The position numbers and the translations under genes were made by a program. Below the pieces are notes generated by a model that was not told the DNA's origin, searched no databases, and saw only the letters and a program-made list of their open reading frames with translations. From positions 31,124,001 to 31,188,000 of the forward strand of contig OX597828.1 in NCBI GenBank assembly GCA_951406725.2: a DNA stretch of 64,000 bases, written 5' to 3'. The DNA comes from Octopus vulgaris. Taxonomy: Eukaryota. Positions within the stretch are counted from its first letter, which is position 1. Each line of letters opens with the position of its first letter. Positions 54,891 through 64,000 of the stretch are shown here, piece by piece.

Positions 54891-56599
54891 GGCTGACGCA
54901 ACTGAAAAATCATTTTACAATGAAATGCCATGCTTCCCTTGAAATTTCACCTGTCTCACGGTCGAGGAATATACGTGGCATCAATCATGAGTTTCTAATG
55001 ATGCTTCAAATCCCTCTTGTAGCCATAGGCTTTGATTTTCCGATACCGTAACAATTTTGAGACATTAAAATACTAATTCTAATTCGATCTTATGTTCAAA
55101 TGAAACACAAGCGATAATAAAAATAAAATAAGAAAACGAAATTCACTAATGACTGATTTTTCAAAGTACCTGAGGGGAAGTAAATGAAGCATTTGCATCA
55201 GTTTCGCGCATGGGATTTCCATAGATAATTGATTATTTGGCATATGGCCTCGTGATAATTCAATAGAAAATTAGAACCACGTTTGATGTCAAGCCCATCT
55301 ACTTTTCTTTATATAATCGCTTGATGTATATTGTATCAAATATTAATAAAAGCGCGAGTGAATGAAAGCATAAATTTAAAGAGGTAAAATCTGAATGCAT
55401 TTTTCTCGCCGCAACAATACCTGCAGGAGTAGTTTTTCAGAGCAGGAAACAATGTTTGTGTATTTTATTCAGTTGTTGCTATGGCTAAATTTGTTGTTTA
55501 AATTAGCCAGTAGTTTCTCCACCTATACATCAATAACTTTGAAATGAAAACTTTCAAAAACAAAATTATATATTAAATATAAATGTAGTCTGCGGATAAC
55601 TCACAGAGGGAAAAACTTGAAAATTTTAACTGATTTTTATTATTACGTGGTCCCAAAACGAGAGACAATGCACGAACTATATCGAACTTAGTTTGAGAGA
55701 TAAACCAGATATCATGAGATAATTTTACGTACTCACATAATATTCGATATTTATTTGTTTGCTGTCGAATTATATGTGAATTGTGTATTGTTGAATAATT
55801 GGTTGTGATGGGTGAATATATTAATCTATGTTTTGATCCTAGATAACATCAATATTTTTTCTGAATTAGATTTTGTTTTATAGTTCAGAGTCCAACATTT
55901 CGTTAATTCCCCAACATTCCTGTTATCTATTTATCACAGCAATGTTATGCTTGGTTAATTCTAGCATTTCCTGAAATAAATACATTAAAACAGTTATGAC
56001 ACTTAACAGATATGATACTAGAAATGACTACTGAACAATAAAAATAGGCGCATCGATGAGAGAAGCTCCGCATAAAACTAAATGATACGCTATTTGTTAT
56101 GAAATAAATCATATCCTCCCTACTGGAATATAACCACATGCACAAATACTTATAAATACACACATGCATACTCGCGCACACATACAAACACATAAAACAC
56201 ACACACATACGTATATGCATAAATGTATATACACACTATACATTATTCATTAGACAGGAAGAAGCACAATTAACAAATACATGCATTCGTATATTAATGT
56301 TTGTTTTTATGATGGGTTAAACTTGTTGAAATTTAGCCTTAAATTGAAGACTCAATATATTTTAGTTGAGTATATGTTTATGAAACTTTCCCAGGAAGTG
56401 ATGACATGCAGAGGTGAATAATTGTTTTGGTAAACACGCATTAGCCAGAGCGTATATAAATATAAGGTGATTTTTTCTTTCAATAACATGGCACTTCAAA
56501 ACTTGTCTTTAGATGATATATCATTTTATATTTTGACTATCCCGTTCAGACTTGAGTGCAGAATTATAAATTCATGTAAAGACAAAGAGTATCAGTATT

Positions 56600-56632
56600 A
56601 GTATTAGTAGTAGTAGTAGCTGTAGTAGTAGC

Positions 56633-56676
<44 letters not shown>

Positions 56677-56850
56677 TCGAAGTAGCAGGTGTAGTAATAG
56701 TAGCAGCAGCAGTAGTGGTGGTGGAGTGGTGGTGGAGTGGTGGTGGCGGTGGTAATGGTATTAATAATAATACTAGTAGTGGCGGTGCTGGAGGTAGTAC
56801 TGTGCTGGTGCTGATGATAATGGTTGTAGTAGTAGTAGTGGTGGTGTAAC
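56600..56850. repeat. Degenerate (TAG)n/(TGG)n microsatellite
   Basis: Direct inspection. Confidence 0.93.
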
Positions 56851-58364
56851 TTTATCAGACGGGTAGTCATGATGGGTATATTGGGCTTCGTATATTTTAC
56901 CCCAGTGTCACTTTGATGGCATGAACTGCTCTCTCACTCAATAATAATAATAATAATAATGATAATAATAATAATAATGTTTTCATTACAATTAACTGGT
57001 CTTCGAAGAGATACATAAAATGAATACCAAACAAAATGTCACGTAATGACGGAAGTAGCGTTAAAATGACGTCAGGCAATATCGAAATGACGAACTGAAA
57101 TTTGAGAGTCATAGTTACTTGAAAAGAATATTCTGAAATAAAATTATGTAATTGATTAATGAATCCAATATCTTCTGAAATGTTTCCTTTCTCTTGTGTA
57201 ATTACCATTATTTATAAGATGATGATACGAAGTTCTGTAAAGTATATTACGGTATTGCATTACGTTTTTAAGAACATTTACTTACATCAGCCAAATACAC
57301 AATGATAAATATCAGCACAAAATATTTTCATAGTGAAAGTCATTGACTGTTGAAAATTTACACACCAACTCCTTCCAGAAGCATGCTAGTTTTGGAATGC
57401 GAAATCATCTCGTGATTTTACTTACAGCTTTTGTTGTGTATTATTCAATATACTTTTACACTGAACCTTTCCTGTGAACATGTACACTATCGACTTTATC
57501 AGCCGCTCACTTTATATGTATATATGACTTTTGTGGATATATGATAATTTCATGGCGGTAAGTGTAGCAGTTATACGCTCACTGTTATTCTACGCATTAT
57601 AGAGATTTTACTGTAAAAGTTTATTATTGCAAGAAGTATATAGTGGTTAGAAATAAACATGAAGATAATACTCCGGTTACTGAAATTTCACAAGGATCCC
57701 ACTATTTTCCGCATCGTTAATCTTTGAAGAGAGAAATTTCATAGTTGTATTAAAATAATATTAATTATAGAAAGCATAATTCATTGCGCTGGCCATTAAA
57801 TTTGATAGCATATCTGAGCAGTTTGTTGTGTATACAGATATTCAAATTGTAAGAATCAATTTTGCTTCCTTTCGCAAACAGTTGCCATAATTATTGTTTA
57901 TTTTATAGATAAGATTATAAACTCACAGTCAATTATTTTCATTAAACAGGATAAATATATTGAACAAACAGGAAGTGTTATATTGAAAGCAAGCCGCATA
58001 ATCACAGAAATACATCCAAACAACTTGTAACCCATAGAAAAACGCGATTAGATATTCAGCGAAATAATTTGTAGTTGAATGAGCGTATTGAAATTTGGAA
58101 TAAAATGAACGCAGGAAGAATTATATCATTTAATAAGAAATTATTCGACCATATATGAACATGAAACCACTGAATTAAAACATATCAAGGATGGATGAAT
58201 ACCTGGGGAATATAAGTTTCTGATCTGGATGGATATTTTGGTGCGAACTGATATAGAATCAATAACGGGGATACAATAGAAAATTTAACATTATATTTAC
58301 CTAAAATATTGTTTCGTTTTGAGAACACACATACAAGCTATAAAAGCAATAAATTATTAGTGCA

Positions 58365-58425
58365 AGCGTGGCTGTGTGGTGAGAAGTTTGCTTCTCATGG
58401 TTATGGGATCATTCCCACCGCGTAA
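58365..58425 (+). mobile_element. SINE head fragment (second family)
   Basis: gcgtggctgtgtggtgagaagtttgctt matches the head of the 5954-6365 SINE. Confidence 0.65.
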
Positions 58426-58759
58426 GATCTCAGTATATGAATTACTTCTTATGCTTTGTATTTTGATTTAAAAGACACATTAGAATGTGTGTTCTATGGA
58501 TCATGAGGGATTTTAAAACTCTAGAACTTTCTAATGATTAACATTGTTAAATAAATAAATATGCGTATGTATTTAAAATCTCTCGTGAAAATTAACGATA
58601 GTCACTAATTTTTTTTTAAATACATTAAAAAAATATTAATTACTGAATTGTCTTTGACACAGTGTCACTAACATTTGGAGAAGAAGTTTGGGTATACTGT
58701 GAAGTAATGTGTATTTTTCATGTTTTTGTTCTTCATCTTTTCAAACGTCTTCTGGTTTA

Positions 58760-60200
58760 ATGTTTATTAAGAAAGTTGCTGTTACTAATGGTATTAAATA
58801 TTCCCGCTTTAGTTTTCTTGTGCCTTACTTAGATCATAATTTTCCATCGTTTATTTTGTGAAAAGGGAGTATTGCAAACTTTTCATTTCAGGTTTGTGTG
58901 GATGTCTACTAAATGGAACTTTTCTCAGAGACGTAACTTTCATACACAGATGAACATTTGCAGGGTTGGTTAGTTAGGCCTTTGTTTCGCCAATGTAATT
59001 CTCATTTCCTTGTGGGTATCTGATGCAGAAGATGAGATTTTGTTTTTAAATTCATGTCTGCCTTGACTTTCAATTCCTGAGTCTTTCCGTTTAATTTCTC
59101 ATTTTCTGTGCACAACAACGAGCGTCGCCAAAACTTGTAACTTTCATTGGTTGTTTCTCTGCTGTGAACTTCGCCTTCCTGATGATGAGTCACTTGAGAT
59201 TTGGAGGTAGGTTTTAACTGTTGATGATTAGTTACTTTCTAATTAATTTTCGGTGATCCGATGGTTGATGTAGAACTGAGAGCTATCATTAGGCCGAATG
59301 TAGGATAATGTGGTTCCTAGGATTGTTTGACTACAAATAGAATATTTGTATTTGAATTTTCATCTAATTTTCAATGCTTTCCTTCGTAAGGTAGAGATCA
59401 AAATGTATTTTACTTTGATTATGGCATGATTTATTATAATTTGGTATAATCTATTACTTAGTTCTTCCAGTCGGTTCTCTAGTCTATTTCTATTTGTTAC
59501 TATGGCATTTATACATCTTAACAAGTTAGATATTTTCTTTATTATTTTTTTTAATGATAAAAGTGGAAAGATCGAAAATCTAAATCTTGTTGTTACTGAT
59601 GTATGTCTGTTACCTTCAGTAGAGATCGGTTGTTATTGTCTAATTTTTTTAATTCTTAGGTTCTCCAGAGAAGAAGGTTCCTTGTCACTCATTTTAATAA
59701 AGAACAGGAATGAGGATGAATGTTTCTTTATTAATTCAAGAAATTTCCCAGGGATCAACCCCAAAATTCAAGCATGAGAAATATTTGAAAATGAATGCAA
59801 ACATTAATTGAAAGAGGAAAAGTTGTACCTACTGAATCACAATGCAACGAGAATTGCATTGCTGAAACTAGGGAAAAGCTATCAAACCGTGTATACGTGC
59901 ATAAACAGTGAATTTGTACTTCATTTCTTAGAAATGTTCGCTGCACTAAACATCTAAACACTTCTGGAAATCGGAAATTTAAAATATTCCACTTTTACAA
60001 AATAAACTATGAAAATGATTGACTAAGAAGGCAAAAAAATACTTTATATATTCGAAATTGAAGCAGAAATAGTTGACAAGATTACAAAGCCAACTTAATT
60101 TACACGGATTAGCAAAGAACAAGTGTGGTTGCAACCTAAAAGCAACGACACCCAAAATACACATCATACGCAATATTATTCCACGAAATTGATGATATGT
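58760..60200 (-). mobile_element. Decayed Penelope-like element (RT C-terminus and GIY-YIG endonuclease)
   Basis: Minus strand: NIHPH, ITTDLY/KVTDIHQ (RT thumb), then NLIFCIRYPQGNENYIGETK (GIY-YIG) at ~58980-59040. Confidence 0.75.
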
Positions 60201-60977
60201 TAAATACTTTCTCTAGAAAAGTTAATTTTTAAAAAGAAATCTTTGCACACGCACACGCACACACTCACACATACACACGTGTATATATATATATAAAACA
60301 ATCTGTGGCATAATAACGAAAAGTGCAGTAACATAAAAGGGATATTCTTTACTGCTTGCAAATCAAGTTTTCAACTCAACTGTGAAGGCAATGTTATTCC
60401 TAAGAGCTACTGTTCACCTATGCGAAAATTGATATAACTCACCCTGTTGCTGCTTCACTTTGTTTTAGATTTCCATATAATACCTCAAATGTAACTTCTA
60501 CCTATACACAAACTACATTGTTGTAAGGGCTTCCATTGTTAGTGTACCTGTAAATTTATGCCTTATTTAGTCTACAGAGCCTCTGACCTGTGACTAATAT
60601 ATGTAGCATGCATAGCTGTACATTGCATATTTCATACTTCATGTGCCATTGATAAAATAATGTGTTCTAGTCAAAGTATTTTATAGCACAATATTTGACA
60701 TCCATATCAAGTGAGTATACTTCCTTATCATTTATGCATGTGTGAGATAAACTGTATAATATTGTATTTAATTTCTGCATGCTTTCAAATGTAACTGAAA
60801 GGCCTGTTATGATGGATATGCTATAGATTTTTCTAAATTGTTATATTTTGATTATGAAAACCTTTATAGTGAAACAGCGTTTAGACACATCAAAATACGT
60901 CATGGAATATGACATATTCTGTAAAGATATTTCTATCATTGCTAGAATTATACTCTTCTCTTCGGTCTCTCTTTCAC

Positions 60978-60979
<2 letters not shown>

Positions 60980-61011
<32 letters not shown>

Positions 61012-61014
61012 TGT

Positions 61015-61109
<95 letters not shown>

Positions 61110-61150
61110 TTAATGATGATAATAATAATAATAATATTAATAATAATATA
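60980..61150. repeat. (TAA)n(TGA)n microsatellite
   Basis: Direct inspection. Confidence 0.97.
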
Positions 61151-61659
61151 AGAGAAATAACAATTCTTTAAAGTGCAATAGCACAGAAACTGGACCATAG
61201 ATGTTGTTTTGTGTTGGATGAGTGTGCTGGTCTCCCTGTTCTAAACACAGGACACAGATATTGCGTCGTATAACCAGCTGGAAACGATGCTTTCTGGGGT
61301 TAAACAACATTTACAATTGTCTCAAACAGGACAGCCACATCATGTTGACAAATAGTCTTTACTGTCCAGAACTGTTACTGAATATCTGTCTTTGAGAGAT
61401 TTAGAAATAATAATGCATACATACAAACGTACATACAGATATACAGCTGAGTTTATTATGTGAACAGATGCACTCACTTGGATTTATGCACCGATAGTTC
61501 AACTAAGACACCAAGTTTTATTTACGACTTATTTACCAAGAAAGGGAACTCTCTCAAAATTGAAAAGACACACACAACACACAAGCACATACACATACAC
61601 GCACACACACATACACGCACACACACCACACACACACACATACACACACACGCGTGTAC

Positions 61660-61848
61660 CATTGGCGATTTTTTTCCTCTATCTTCCCTTCTCTGGATCT
61701 TTCCTTCTCCTATGTTTCCAACGAAGAGCTTCGCTCGAAACGTTAAACCCTCCTTCTTTCCTTCTTTCCTGAGCGTCCAATAATACTATATTTGTTCCAC
61801 GTCCTCGCGTTGTTGTGTTTTTTTTGTGCTTTCTTGTTTGGATTAACT
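61660..61848 (+). mobile_element. Short non-coding Penelope pLTR-like element ending in (TA)n, with a mutated minimal hammerhead (61714-61748)
   Basis: GTTT-CCAACGA-A-GAGC(TTC)GCTC-GAAA-CG-TT-AAAC, with palindromic AACGTT. The core CUGA is changed to CCAA. Confidence 0.6.
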
Positions 61849-63699
61849 ATATATATATATATATACACACACACACTCATGTTTCTCCCTCTAACACTTC
61901 GCTGTTTCTAAAATCAAATGCTGCGACATTTAATATTATTCAGTGCAGTATATATAAAGAAATATCTGCCTAACATGAAACGTATTTTGTTTTGTCATCT
62001 GCGTCGAGATATTAGCGAGTTTAGACTACCGTTGTAAGTTCAAAACAGTAAGTCACTTATTTCAACACAGCTTTAAATTTTTTTTATGGAAGTCCCCATT
62101 GTATAAGACAATAAAGTGGGAGTTAGACAATATTTGGGTGTGTAGTTTATAAAATTTCGTCATATAAACTGTGGTAAGCTAACCAATATAATTCTGTTAT
62201 TGCGAAGAATATTACTCTACTATCAATATAATGCATTTCACATATGAGACCCACTTTCTCGGAATAAGTATAAATGCGATATTACAGACAGTATCCTCTA
62301 AAATGCTGGAGATTATAATCAGAGTTATATCATCATTTTCTGTAGCGACTCTGTCTAGTCTCACATAAGAAAAGAACTTATGTATTAGTCATGTTTACGA
62401 GTATGTCTTTGTTTGTATATATAATTGATGTCGTTGTCATGAACGGAGCTAGTTTATTATATTTAACCTACCTCAATTATTTTTTTTTGGAAATACAACT
62501 TTCAAAATATGTTTCTAAAACTTTCAGTATCCTGGTTCCAATAGCTTTCAAAATATAAATTTCGACAGATCTTTGACTGTCCTAAAACTCTATCTTGGAA
62601 AAAGTTAATTAACTTATATATAATACATTGTCTAAATGAAAATATTACACATTCTGTTTTGCATCTTCTTTGAAGAAATTTTACCAGTTGTCATGTCGTA
62701 TCATTGCATTTAGGGCATATTTTGCCGTTTTTGCTATTTATTCGTTTTTATTTTTGAAGCCATGACAACTGCTTTCCGCTCATTTTCGACACAATATTCG
62801 ACAGTATATATAATACATATGTATATTTAACGTTGCATATTACATAACATTGCAGTGAAATGCTTAACTATTCTTACACATATATTGCTGTCATTGTTTA
62901 CATTGATCACTAATCGACTTTGATATTCAAGAGCAGGCGTTCTATAACACTGATACTCGTAGGAGTTCATTTAACGAGTACAAACATAAAGTCGTAATCT
63001 ATTGAAGATATGCTGCGTCTCTCCGCATTAATCATCGAACTTCTCTCCAGTTTCAATAAAATAAGTTTTCTTTCCCATGTGCTCCACGTTACAATTGAAA
63101 TAGGATAACTTCTTTATACTTTTGGAGTTGCCAATATCTCAAATATTGTTATATTTCATTTTATTGTCTATATTTTCGACAACGAACCTCTCGTGCATCG
63201 CTGACTAACATGCATTATTCGATCAGGTATAGTCAGGGATAACTATATACATATTCTTTTATATTATTTAGGAATGTATTATGCGGCTTTCTCCTAATGA
63301 TATAATTGCATCATTCACAGTGTAATTGGAAATATGTGTTATGTTTGGGTTTAAGCCAATTAAACTCAGAGAGGAAGAGGTTTTAGATCTTCCCTCTATT
63401 CATTGATTTGCATGTTAGTTTCAATAAGCCAGTCATTGTCGTTCTTCTGTAGATAACAACTTTGAAACACTGCGATGACACAGCAGTACAACGGGATTAT
63501 GATACCAAAAAGGTTACAAAGCCCCACCTAAAATAATTTAAACATGCGTTGCAAGTGCTCAGAAAGCACATAAGTTAATTTAGCCGCTATAATCACGAAC
63601 AATCGGAGAATGTAAAATTTCAGCCACCTGAAATTTGTAAAGAAATTGTCTGAAGGACGTTTTGTATGAAATAATTATTAGCAAGGAAAATTGTTTAAG

Positions 63700-64000
63700 T
63701 TTGCAGTTTATAACGGCTGGAAAACCGGTCCTTTTAAAATTTCTCAAAATTTTTTGTTGTTCCAATCTCTTTCAAGTGTTTGGAAATTGTCGTTACGTTA
63801 CGTCTAATTCAGAAGCAAGCTCTCGAACAGTCGTGCGTGGGCTGACTTCGACTAAGGCTCTTATGTAACCGTTGTCAACATCCGTTGGCTGACCACTACG
63901 CTTATCATCTTCAAGTCTCTCATCACCGCTACGAAATTTCTTGAACTACAATTGTGCTGTACTTTTATTAGAGGTTGCTGGGCCAAACACATCGATGATA
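63700..64000 (-). mobile_element. Hsmar1-like mariner fragment, continuing beyond the window
   Basis: Reverse complement of the 50460-50720 region (FKKFRSGDERLEDDKRSG, RALVEVSPRTTVRELASELDV). Confidence 0.88.

Overview
AT-rich, repeat-dense eukaryotic genomic DNA. The SINE families, Dong/R4 LINEs and extreme microsatellite load point to an octopod cephalopod; this is recognition, not a search result. I found no host protein-coding exon, and nearly all ORFs in the track are microsatellite or decayed-transposon artefacts. Contents: many tRNA-derived SINE copies (several multimeric), five to six decayed Tc1/mariner elements, about seven Dong/R4 non-LTR fragments mostly abutting trinucleotide microsatellites, CR1 and RTE LINE 3' ends, Penelope-like remnants, and a ~2.15 kb degenerate (CCCTAA)n interstitial telomeric array inside a Dong/R4 copy. 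The most notable unannotated signal is a set of sequence-unrelated type I hammerhead ribozyme motifs in short non-coding cassettes at (TA)n microsatellites: near-intact at 17350-17398 (-) and 22491-22564 (+), mutated at 61714-61748, and degenerate at 23089-23140. They suggest ribozyme-bearing non-autonomous retroelements (Penelope-derived or retrozyme-like). SINE multimers also share one recurrent junction, suggesting SINE-into-SINE targeting.
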